Source: Candidatus Woesebacteria bacterium RBG_13_46_13 (GTDB lineage Bacteria > Patescibacteriota > Microgenomatia > UBA8517). Taken from it: a stretch of DNA of 64,000 bases. The DNA lies in contig MGFR01000003.1 of assembly GCA_001791995.1 (NCBI GenBank), positions 89,543 to 153,542 of the forward strand, written 5' to 3'. The position numbers and the translations under genes are program-made. A model generated the notes under the pieces. It was not told where the DNA came from. It did no database searches and worked only from the letters and a program-made list of their open reading frames with translations. The stretch's first letter is position 1; each line of letters starts with the position of its first letter. Positions 55,122 to 63,439 of this stretch are shown here, one piece after another.

Positions 55122-56276
55122 ATGGCCAAACGTGAAGGACGCTGGGACTGCCGCTCATGCGGCACGAAAGGCGTGAGAGGGCGTTTCAAGTACTGTTCGC
55201 AGTGCGGAAGCCCCCGTCCCGCCAACGTCAAGTTCTACCTCCCGGAAGGAGAACCGGAGGTAACCGATCCGAAACTCCTGGCCCTTGCAGGTGCAGGTCC
55301 AGACTGGACTTGCGAGCACTGCAGCCAGGACAATGTCGGCACTTCCGCTTTCTGCGGACAGTGCGGTGCCAAAAAGGACGGGAGCCCTTCCCGTAAAACC
55401 AAGACCTACGGTCTTGGAAGCATTCCCCGCTCGGGAGATGAATTCCCCGAAGAGGAAAAACCCGCATCCGCGGTTTATTCCCAGGAGACAAGTACGCCGA
55501 AGGGCAGTCTCTTTTCTAAACTGAAGATCCCTGCGGCTATTTGTGCAGGAGCGGCCTTTCTGGGTCTTTTGGGATTTCTGCTTTTCGCACGCCACGACGT
55601 GCCCTTGACCGTCTCGGGCTTCGCCTGGGAAAGAACGGTCACCGTCGAAGAGTACCGCACTGTCGTGGAAGAGGATTGGTCCATCCCCGCCGGAGGCAGA
55701 TACCAAAGCGAGGGACAGGCTATCCACCACTACGACAGCGTTGAGGTCGGGTCCCATCAGGAACCGTATCAAGACTGTCATCAGGAAGTTTCTGGCTCGC
55801 ATCAGGAGTGCAGCCAAGAAGTTACAGGCTACGACTCCTATGTCTGCGGGAGCAGTGATGACGGCAATGGTTTCTTTTCGGATGTTTACTGCGACCGGCC
55901 TGAGTACTCGACCGTCTGTGACTCGGTCACGGACTACTCGACCGTCTGTGACACCTTGTACCGAACGGTCACGGATTACGAGCAGGTACCCGTCTACGCG
56001 ACGAGGTATACCTACGAAATTGAACGTTGGGTCTTTGACCGAACCGAGGTTTCGCAGGGGTCGGACCATACGGCCTTTTGGCCTCCCTTCACCCTTGAGG
56101 ATAACGAGAGGGAGTCGGGGAGGAACGAGGCCTACGAAGTTCTCTTCGTCGACGACGAGGAGAAAACCTACTCCTATACGGTTGATTTAGCCGCTTGGCA
56201 GATCTTCGAGGTCGGCCAGAACTATACCGGCAAGGTCAACACCTTAGGAGTACTGACAGAAGTATCCGATGAGTAA
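55122..56276 (+). CDS. Membrane protein with an N-terminal double zinc ribbon (two CxxC...CxxC pairs), one TM helix and an acidic Cys/His-containing C-terminal domain with internal repeats
   Basis: CRSCGTKGVRGRFKYCSQCG and CEHCSQDNVGTSAFCGQCG. TM AAICAGAAFLGLLGFLLF. In-frame 18-bp perfect direct repeat TACTCGACCGTCTGTGAC at 55905 and 55935 (YSTVCD x2). Strong SD. Confidence 0.6.
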   Translation: MAKREGRWDCRSCGTKGVRGRFKYCSQCGSPRPANVKFYLPEGEPEVTDPKLLALAGAGPDWTCEHCSQDNVGTSAFCGQCGAKKDGSPSRKTKTYGLGSIPRSGDEFPEEEKPASAVYSQETSTPKGSLFSKLKIPAAICAGAAFLGLLGFLLFARHDVPLTVSGFAWERTVTVEEYRTVVEEDWSIPAGGRYQSEGQAIHHYDSVEVGSHQEPYQDCHQEVSGSHQECSQEVTGYDSYVCGSSDDGNGFFSDVYCDRPEYSTVCDSVTDYSTVCDTLYRTVTDYEQVPVYATRYTYEIERWVFDRTEVSQGSDHTAFWPPFTLEDNERESGRNEAYEVLFVDDEEKTYSYTVDLAAWQIFEVGQNYTGKVNTLGVLTEVSDE

Positions 56277-56291
56277 GACAAGAAGCGCCCC

Positions 56292-56344
56292 GAATCCGCA
56301 AGGATTCCGACACGAAAGTGTTGAAAAAGGGGCGCTTGTTTTTT
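56292..56344 (+). repeat. Copy B of the structured 3'-end element (GAATCC-GCAA-GGATTC ; CGACAC-GAAA-GTGTTG ; A5-GGGGCGCTTG-T6). Abuts the 3' end of tRNA-Val on the opposite strand.
   Basis: The first hairpin differs from copy A on both arms (GAAGAC/GTCTTC to GAATCC/GGATTC) yet stays perfectly paired. Lies 16 nt after the stop of the 55122 gene. Confidence 0.6.
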
Positions 56345-56349
56345 GGAGG

Positions 56350-56421
56350 TGGTCGCTGAGGGATTCGAACCCCCGGCCTTCGCAATGTGAATGCGACGCT
56401 CTACCGCTGAGCCAAGCGACC
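56350..56421 (-). tRNA. tRNA-Val (anticodon CAC)
   Basis: Reverse complement folds with acceptor GGTCGCT/AGCGACC, D-arm GCTC-AGCGGTA-GAGC, anticodon stem TCGCA/TGCGA with loop TTCACAT, T-arm GGGGG-TTCGAAT-CCCTC, discriminator A. Confidence 0.8.
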
Positions 56422-56527
56422 CTGTGTAATCCAATATTATATCACCCTAGAGATTTTCACTGCCAGTTGACAGACCTTTTCACCAGCGTATAAAGTTAAA
56501 TGTAATGATTCATATCATTACACAAAT

Positions 56528-57607
56528 ATGGATCAGAAGTTTCCCCTAGGCCTTTCCTTCGACGATGTGCTGCTTATCCCCCGCTATTCGGAAATTGCCT
56601 CCCGCGAAGATGTTGATCTCACTACCCGAATTACTCCCAAGCTCACCCTCAAGCTTCCCCTTTTAAGCGCCAACATGACTGATGTGACCGGTATTAAAAT
56701 GGCTGTGACCTTGGGCAAACTCGGGGCTCTTGGAGTCCTCCCCCGTTTTATGAGCGCCGAGGATGAAGCGGATATGGTTGCGGCCGTCAAAAAAGAGGGG
56801 TTAACCGTTGCGGCCGCGGTTGGCTTACGAAACGGAATGTTTGATCGGGCGGAGCAGCTGGTCAAAGCCGGAGCCGAAGTTTTGTTTCTTGACGTTGCCC
56901 ACGGACACATGCGCAAGGCAACCGAGGCAACCAAGAAACTTAGGCAAAAATTCGGTAAAAGTGTTGATATCGTCTCCGGAAATATCGCCACCTACGATGG
57001 TGCGGACGCTCTTTTCAGGGCCGGAGCCGATTGCGTCAAGGTCGGGGTTGGACCGGGAACCATTTGTATTACTAGGATCGAAACGGGTTTTGGGGTACCG
57101 CAAATGTCGGCCATCTTGGAAGCCGCAAGGGCAGCCAGGCGCCACCGAAAGACAATAATCGCCGACGGAGGAACTAAAAACTCCGGTGATGTAGTTAAAG
57201 CTCTGGCAGCGGGTGCATCGGCTGTCATGGCTGGTAGCCAGTTTGCCGGAACAGATGAGGCCCCCGGAGAAAAAATAACCCTAAAAGGTAAGGATTTTAA
57301 GAGGTACTACGCTTCTACTTCCTTTAAGGAAAAGAAAAATCATATCAAGAAAAACGGAGAGAATTTGTCCCAGGATTACGCAAAACACATCGAAGGAATT
57401 GAAAGTATGGTCCCTTATAAGGGCCCTGTTAAGGAAATTCTTGAAAAAATGTCAGCTAATATCCGCTCCGGTCTTTCCTACTGTGGTGCAAAGGAATTAT
57501 TGGACTTGTGGAGAAAGGCAAAATTTGTAAGAATAACCTCCCAAGGCTTAAAGGAAAGCGGACCGCACGATGTGGTAGTTAATGAAAACGGATGGCGGAA
57601 CAAATAG
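56528..57607 (+). CDS. IMP dehydrogenase/GMP reductase family enzyme lacking a CBS subdomain (GuaC/GuaB-like)
   Basis: Catalytic Cys loop [20 protein letters not shown], phosphate-binding [24 protein letters not shown]. 359 aa, a size typical of GMP reductase. Confidence 0.7.
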   Translation: MDQKFPLGLSFDDVLLIPRYSEIASREDVDLTTRITPKLTLKLPLLSANMTDVTGIKMAVTLGKLGALGVLPRFMSAEDEADMVAAVKKEGLTVAAAVGLRNGMFDRAEQLVKAGAEVLFLDVAHGHMRKATEATKKLRQKFGKSVDIVSGNIATYDGADALFRAGADCVKVGVGPGTICITRIETGFGVPQMSAILEAARAARRHRKTIIADGGTKNSGDVVKALAAGASAVMAGSQFAGTDEAPGEKITLKGKDFKRYYASTSFKEKKNHIKKNGENLSQDYAKHIEGIESMVPYKGPVKEILEKMSANIRSGLSYCGAKELLDLWRKAKFVRITSQGLKESGPHDVVVNENGWRNK

Positions 57608-58953
57608 ATGAACACAAGCTTACTGCCATCTCTCCTGTCGATGGCCGCTATGGCCGACTAACCGCCCCGCTCTCCCCTTTCTTTTCGGAATTTGCCCTGA
57701 TTAAAAAGAGAGTTGAAGTTGAGCTAAAATTTCTTCTTTATCTCTCGGAGAGCCGATTAATAAGAGGGTTCACCCAAAAAGAAAAGGCATATCTACAAAA
57801 ATTAATTTCGGATTTTTCCTTAAGAGACGGGTTGATGGTAAAAAAGATAGAAAACACCACCCACCATGACGTTAAAGCGGTAGAATATTTTCTAAGAGAA
57901 AAATTTCAGAAAAGCTCTTTCAAAGGTACCATTCCCTATCTGCATATCGGGTTAACCTCCGAGGATATTAACAATATCTGCTGGCGATGTCTTGCCCAAG
58001 AAGCGCTTATCAAAGTTCTTTTACCCGAACTCTTGTCAATCCATAAAAACCTCCGTACGTTTGCCCGTACTTACAGGAATTTGGCAATGCTCGGCCGCAC
58101 ACACGGACAAGCGGCTATTCCCACGACAATGGGAAAAGAGGTTGCGGTTTTTAGCCAAAGACTTGAGGCTCAAATAACATCTTTAAAAACCCTCAAATTC
58201 TCAGCAAAATTTTCAGGTGCGGTAGGGGGTTGGAACGCGCTCTGTCTTGTCTTTCCTTCCGTAAACCTTCCTGCCTTTAGCCGCCGTTTTGTGAAATCTT
58301 TCGGACTTGAATTTCATGTTCTTACAACGCAAATTGCCCCCAATGACGATATTGTCGAACTGCTGCAGACTCTTGAGCGGATCAATCTCGTCCTGATCAA
58401 TTTAAATCAGGATCTTTGGAGATATGTCTCCGACGGCTGGCTTATCCAAAAAAGTAAAGCCGGGCAGGTAGGCTCATCCACCATGCCCCAGAAGGTAAAC
58501 CCCATCGATTTCGAAAACAGTGAGGGAAATCTTTTCTTCGCAAACGGAATCGCAACAACCATCGTTTCCAAAATTGCTATCTCCAGACTTCAGAGGGACT
58601 TATCCGGCTCAACGGTCCTGAGAAACCTCGGCGTTGCCTTTGCCCACAGCCTTGTCGGCTATTTATCTTTATTAAAAGGGCTGGATAATATTTCTCCCGA
58701 CAAAGAAAAAATAGTTGGAGAGTTAAATTCTGACTGGAGAATACTTGCCGAAGCCCTGCAGGTTATATTAAGAAAAGAGGGAGATACGAAGGCCTTTGAA
58801 AAAGTTGCGGCTTTGACAAAAAAGGGCATCTGGAAACAAGAAGATTGGCGAGAAGTTGTCGAGTCTTTTCGGCTAACCGCCAAATCGAAAAATCTACTTT
58901 TAAAATTAAGGCCCGAGGGGTATATTGGTCTTTCGGGAAAAATCGTTAAATGA
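57592..58953 (+). CDS. purB: Adenylosuccinate lyase
   Basis: Fumarate-lyase signature GSSTMPQKVNPIDFEN. 453 aa. 16-nt overlap with the upstream gene. Confidence 0.85.
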   Translation: MAEQIDEHKLTAISPVDGRYGRLTAPLSPFFSEFALIKKRVEVELKFLLYLSESRLIRGFTQKEKAYLQKLISDFSLRDGLMVKKIENTTHHDVKAVEYFLREKFQKSSFKGTIPYLHIGLTSEDINNICWRCLAQEALIKVLLPELLSIHKNLRTFARTYRNLAMLGRTHGQAAIPTTMGKEVAVFSQRLEAQITSLKTLKFSAKFSGAVGGWNALCLVFPSVNLPAFSRRFVKSFGLEFHVLTTQIAPNDDIVELLQTLERINLVLINLNQDLWRYVSDGWLIQKSKAGQVGSSTMPQKVNPIDFENSEGNLFFANGIATTIVSKIAISRLQRDLSGSTVLRNLGVAFAHSLVGYLSLLKGLDNISPDKEKIVGELNSDWRILAEALQVILRKEGDTKAFEKVAALTKKGIWKQEDWREVVESFRLTAKSKNLLLKLRPEGYIGLSGKIVK

Positions 58954-60245
58954 CAGAAAGATTGTCAAGGTGGCGCGGGACCAATGTCGTACTGGATACT
59001 ACCTGGGGAGATTCAGGTAAGGGAAAACTCGTCGATGTTATGGCCCAAAGAGCCAAGATGGTGGTGCGTTTTAATGGCGGACCCAATGCCGGGCACACCG
59101 TAAAAAACGAACATGGGGAATTTAAATTTCACCAGATTCCCTCGGGAATATTCAATCCCGAAGCAATCTCTGTTATCGCGCAGACGGTTGCGGTCAACCC
59201 CAATGTGCTACTGGGAGAAATTGCAGAGCTTAAGGCCAAAGGAATAGAAGTTAGCAAAGCCAACCTTCTCGTCTCGGAGGAAGCCCACCTGATCATGCCT
59301 TGGCACATTCAAAGGGATAGGCTGAGGGAAACTGCCAGGGGGGAAGAAAAAATCGGTACAACGGGTCAAGGAATAGGGCCTGTTTTTGCCGACAGAACCG
59401 AAAGGGTCGGCTTAAAAGTTAAAGATATCTTAGACCCCCGCCTACCGGAGATTCTGGCGAAAGAGCTTGCCTGGCAAGAAAAGCTGACCCAATTAATGCT
59501 GGATACTTCCGAACCCCAATACGATTACGACAGTATACTTGAAGATTTACGCAAGGCCGCGGATACACTTGCCCCCATAATCTCCCAGGTTCTCCCTCTT
59601 ATTCGGCTCTTCCATAAGCGGGGCAATAACATCTTGGGGGAAGGAGCACAGGGAGCGCTCTTGGATTTGGATTTGGGTGGCTATCCTTTCGTGACCTCCA
59701 CCCACCCCACTCTATCGGGATTTTCCCAGGCGACCGGAATATATGCGAATATCTCAAGAATCATAGGGGTTACCAAGGCTTATCAAACCAGGGTCGGCGA
59801 AGGCCCGATGCCCACCGAGCTTGAAAACGAGATCGGTGCAACCTTAAGAGAGCGTGGCAAGGAATACGGTGCCACAACGGGAAGGCCCAGAAGGTGTGGT
59901 TGGATAGATATTCCGGCGATAAGATACGGGGCGATGATAAGCGGCGTAAAATCCTTGGCTATCACCAAGCTCGATGTACTGGATAGCTTCGACGAAATTC
60001 GAATCTGTGCGGCCTACCGTGACCACGGACACGATTACAAATTTGGATACCCCGATACGATGGCGAGGGCGGTCCCTATCTATATAAATCTTAAAGGCTG
60101 GCGCGAGGACACTTCCGGGGCCAAAGACATTAGGTCGCTACCTGAAAAATGCAGCTTTTATCTTACGACCATTCAGGAACTGGTAGGATTACCCGTGGAG
60201 TTTGTATCCGTCGGGCCGGAGAGAAACCAAAGCATTTACCTTTAG
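58950..60245 (+). CDS. purA: Adenylosuccinate synthetase
   Basis: P-loop TTWGDSGKGKLVD, GTTGQGIGP. 431 aa. ATGA start/stop overlap with purB. Confidence 0.9.
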   Translation: MTERLSRWRGTNVVLDTTWGDSGKGKLVDVMAQRAKMVVRFNGGPNAGHTVKNEHGEFKFHQIPSGIFNPEAISVIAQTVAVNPNVLLGEIAELKAKGIEVSKANLLVSEEAHLIMPWHIQRDRLRETARGEEKIGTTGQGIGPVFADRTERVGLKVKDILDPRLPEILAKELAWQEKLTQLMLDTSEPQYDYDSILEDLRKAADTLAPIISQVLPLIRLFHKRGNNILGEGAQGALLDLDLGGYPFVTSTHPTLSGFSQATGIYANISRIIGVTKAYQTRVGEGPMPTELENEIGATLRERGKEYGATTGRPRRCGWIDIPAIRYGAMISGVKSLAITKLDVLDSFDEIRICAAYRDHGHDYKFGYPDTMARAVPIYINLKGWREDTSGAKDIRSLPEKCSFYLTTIQELVGLPVEFVSVGPERNQSIYL

Positions 60246-60289
60246 AGTTTCTCTTGTATTTGCTCCGCTAAGATAACTATAATTACATT

Positions 60290-60853
60290 ATGTTTAGGCG
60301 TTTTGGCGCATTTTTTTTGGACATTTTAGAGGTCGTTGTCCTGGCTTTCGCCATATTCCTTTTTTCTTATCTCTTTATCTTTCAACCCCACAAAATAGAC
60401 GGCAACAGCATGGAGCCCAATTTCCACGACAAGGAATATCTCTTAACCGATAAGGTCAAATATAAAATATTGAAGGAAAGCCCCCAAAGGGGTGATGTTA
60501 TCGTTTTCATTCCTCCTCTGGAGCGGGATAAGGAATACATCAAAAGAATTATCGGGCTTCCGGGAGAAACGGTTTCGATAAAAGAAGGCAGAATCATAAT
60601 CAATGGAGAAATTCTTGAAGAAACCTATCTTTCGGCAGGAACACCGACCTCGGGCGCTTACTTTCTACAAGAAGGAGAGATTGCCACCGTTCCTCCCGAC
60701 GAATACTTTGTAATGGGCGATAACCGGGCCAATTCTTCGGACTCACGTTATTGGGGCTTTGTTCCAAAAAAAGATTTGGTGGGAAGGGCTTGGTTGGTTT
60801 ATTGGCCTCCGCAGGAAACAAGAAAAGTAAAAGCTGCCAATTATAACTTCTAA
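60290..60853 (+). CDS. lepB: Signal peptidase I
   Basis: Catalytic Ser box (GNSMEPNF) and Lys box (YIKRIIGLPGE). 187 aa. TATAAT 6 nt before the ATG. Confidence 0.85.
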   Translation: MFRRFGAFFLDILEVVVLAFAIFLFSYLFIFQPHKIDGNSMEPNFHDKEYLLTDKVKYKILKESPQRGDVIVFIPPLERDKEYIKRIIGLPGETVSIKEGRIIINGEILEETYLSAGTPTSGAYFLQEGEIATVPPDEYFVMGDNRANSSDSRYWGFVPKKDLVGRAWLVYWPPQETRKVKAANYNF

Positions 60854-60855
60854 GG

Positions 60856-61707
60856 TTATTCGGTGAGGGCTTTATATACTTTTTGAAGTCTGTTTTCCGT
60901 TTCTTCCAATCCACCCTTAAAGACAAAGGTCACTCTGGTTTCGCGTCTTGAACGTACCAACTTAACCTGTGTCTTTTTTGTCTCGTCTGTCCCCTCTTCG
61001 CTTAAGGCTTCCTGGATATCGCTTTGCATCTTGTCTATCTCTTCGGAAACAATCTGCAGCATTTTTCTGGCGGAACCCGAACCCTGTCGCTCCACCGACT
61101 GCTTGGATTTGGCTTTCATTCTTCGGGCCAGCTCCTCCGCCCGCCTGACCGAACCGGATTCCCTGAGAATTATTTTGTAAGCCTCAACCATCAAGGGCTG
61201 ATCGTCAATTGCAGCCAAGGCTCTGGCGTGGCCTTCGGAGATAAGACCCGATAGGAGTCCGTCCTTAAGCGCATCCGGAAGCGATAATAGCCTTATCGAG
61301 TTCGAGACATAGGCGACCGACTTGCCGATTCTGACCGCGATTTCGCTGGTGGTTAAACCGAATTCGTTCATCAGTCTTTCAAACCCTTTGGCCCTGTCCA
61401 GCGGATTTAAATCGACCCTCTGAACGTTCTCAACCAAGGCCATCTCCAGCATTCCCTTGGGGGAGGTTTCGCGGATAATTGAAGGAAGGTGGGTCATTCC
61501 CGCCAATTTGGCTGCGCGCCATCTGCGCTCACCGGCAATTATTTGATAACCCGCGGGAGTCTTGGCCACGACCAAAGGCTCAAGAATTCCGTGCTCTCTG
61601 ATGGAATCCACCAAATCCACCAAGCTCTCGGGGGTAATTGCACCCCGGGGTTGTAAAGGGTTGGGTTGCAATTCGTTGACTTCTATTTGGACAACTTCTT
61701 CTGCCAT
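60856..61707 (-). CDS. parB: ParB/Spo0J-like partition protein
   Basis: ParB N-terminal box (LEPLVVAKTPAGYQIIAGERRWRAAKLAG) and HTH. Confidence 0.8.
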   Translation of the reverse strand: MAEEVVQIEVNELQPNPLQPRGAITPESLVDLVDSIREHGILEPLVVAKTPAGYQIIAGERRWRAAKLAGMTHLPSIIRETSPKGMLEMALVENVQRVDLNPLDRAKGFERLMNEFGLTTSEIAVRIGKSVAYVSNSIRLLSLPDALKDGLLSGLISEGHARALAAIDDQPLMVEAYKIILRESGSVRRAEELARRMKAKSKQSVERQGSGSARKMLQIVSEEIDKMQSDIQEALSEEGTDETKKTQVKLVRSRRETRVTFVFKGGLEETENRLQKVYKALTE

Positions 61708-61709
61708 AT

Positions 61710-61955
61710 TTATATTACCGAAACTATATTTCGACCTTTTCTTTTACCGAATTTCACTTTGCCTTTAGCCACGGAGTAGATTGTGTGGTCTCGCCCTACC
61801 GCCACGCCTTTACCCAAACCGATATGGGTTCCCCTCTGGCGGATAATAATCATTCCAGGGGCTACTTTCGTTCCGTCGGAGGCCTTCACTCCCAATCTTT
61901 TTCCTTCGGGGCTAATGTGTTGTGAGGCTTTGCCTGCAGCTTTCTTGTGAGCCAT
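61710..61955 (-). CDS. rpmA: Ribosomal protein L27
   Basis: MAHKKAAGKAS...GMIIIRQRGTHIGLGKGV canonical L27. Confidence 0.95.
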   Translation of the reverse strand: MAHKKAAGKASQHISPEGKRLGVKASDGTKVAPGMIIIRQRGTHIGLGKGVAVGRDHTIYSVAKGKVKFGKRKGRNIVSVI

Positions 61956-62033
61956 TTCAAAACAATATAGACAATATTTTCACAGCTGTCAAGAGATTAG
62001 AAGTTTATAGATTGATACACTAACAAGGAGAAA

Positions 62034-62339
62034 TTATTTGGAAGTAATCTTACCAATCTGTATTTTGGTATAAGAATGTCTAAAGCCCGTATGTCTTCGG
62101 TAGCGGCTTTTGGACCTGTATTTGATCACCTCGACCTTTTGACCCTTCTCTTCCCCCAATATTTTATAGCTGACCTTTGCTCCGGCAATCACTGGCGTTC
62201 CGACCGTGACCTTATCTCCATCGGCAACAAGAAGAACCGCTGGAGCTTCTTCTTCCTGAAGCCTATCCACCAAAAGTTCGTCTCCTTCGGAAACTTTGTA
62301 TTGGTGACCCGATATTTGGACGATTGCGTATTTTGCCAT
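62034..62339 (-). CDS. rplU: Ribosomal protein L21
   Basis: MAKYAIVQISGHQYKVSEGDELLVDRL canonical L21. Confidence 0.9.
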   Translation of the reverse strand: MAKYAIVQISGHQYKVSEGDELLVDRLQEEEAPAVLLVADGDKVTVGTPVIAGAKVSYKILGEEKGQKVEVIKYRSKSRYRRHTGFRHSYTKIQIGKITSK

Positions 62340-62375
62340 GTAACTTTGATATTCTACCGCCCATTGGCCTTAAAC

Positions 62376-63437
62376 TCAAGCCGAAATTTGCCTCTTGGCC
62401 CCCAAGGCAATTCCCAACCCCATCATGGTCGCCAAAAACGAAGAGCCCCCTGCGGATACCAATGGGAAAGGAACACCCGTAATAGGCACCAGGCCCAGGT
62501 TCATCCCGATATGAACCATTGTTTGGGCAAAAAGCATCAAGAATAGTCCCGAAACATAGGCTCGTGCTGCAGGACTCCTGGTATTTTCGGAGATGCCCAC
62601 CAACCGGCCCAAAACAAAAAAGGCCGCACAAAGGACAAGCACCGCACCAACCAATCCGAGTTCTTCGGCTATTGAGGCAAAAATAAAGTCCGTGTGCCGC
62701 TCGGGAAGAAAAGCCAGTTGGGTCTGAACTCCCTTGCCCAGCCCCCTACCGAATATTTTCCCCGAACCGACCGAAATCATGGATTGGATTGCGTTATAGC
62801 CAGTACCGTAAGGATCCTTGGCCGGCTCCAGAAAGGTAATAATTCTTTGCTTCTGGTAAGGGGCCAAAACCATCCAGATGATCGGAAGCAAAAAAGCGAA
62901 GATTAAAGCTCCCCAAAGAAAATACCTTTTCTTGATTGTCGAGGCCATCAGTACCCCGACAAAACCCACAACCGCCAAAACCGCAATTCCCAGAGATGGT
63001 TGGACGACTATCAAAAGCACCGGAAGGCTGAGTAGGAAAAAGGCCGTCAGGAGTCTTTTCCCGTTGATTTCCTTTTCGGTCAGGTAGTTGGCAAAGAAAA
63101 CCAAAAGCAAGGGTCGGACCAGCTCCGCCGGCTGGATAGTGAGAGCCCCTATGGGTATCCAGCGGATAGCCCCCCTGGTTACCTGTCCGATTAAAAGCGG
63201 TAAAATTAGCAGCACAATCGATGCGACATATGCATGTTTGGCAAAAATGGAAATTACTTCAAAATCTGCTTGTAAAAATAAAATAAATACGCCGATTCCC
63301 AAAATCAGATAGAGAAAATATAACGGAAATAAAGAAGGAGCGATGGCGTAAAGAACAATCACCCCGATAACAATCAGTAGAGATATCCCAACAACAAATA
63401 GAGCATCGATTCTTGGGGGTAACTTAACCCTTTGCAT
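62376..63437 (-). CDS. rodA: SEDS family peptidoglycan glycosyltransferase (RodA/FtsW)
   Basis: 10-TM SEDS pattern with the conserved loop GSGKIFGRGLGKGVQTQLAFLPERHTDFIFASIAEE. Confidence 0.85.
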   Translation of the reverse strand: MQRVKLPPRIDALFVVGISLLIVIGVIVLYAIAPSLFPLYFLYLILGIGVFILFLQADFEVISIFAKHAYVASIVLLILPLLIGQVTRGAIRWIPIGALTIQPAELVRPLLLVFFANYLTEKEINGKRLLTAFFLLSLPVLLIVVQPSLGIAVLAVVGFVGVLMASTIKKRYFLWGALIFAFLLPIIWMVLAPYQKQRIITFLEPAKDPYGTGYNAIQSMISVGSGKIFGRGLGKGVQTQLAFLPERHTDFIFASIAEELGLVGAVLVLCAAFFVLGRLVGISENTRSPAARAYVSGLFLMLFAQTMVHIGMNLGLVPITGVPFPLVSAGGSSFLATMMGLGIALGAKRQISA

Positions 63438-63439
63438 GG

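Noticed and set aside
55155-56069. 304-aa minus-strand ORF antisense to the zinc-ribbon gene
   Set aside because: Long antisense ORFs are expected in GC-rich DNA. It has no SD or promoter and is Arg/Gly-rich with low complexity. The plus-strand gene has SD, promoter, TM and zinc-ribbon logic.
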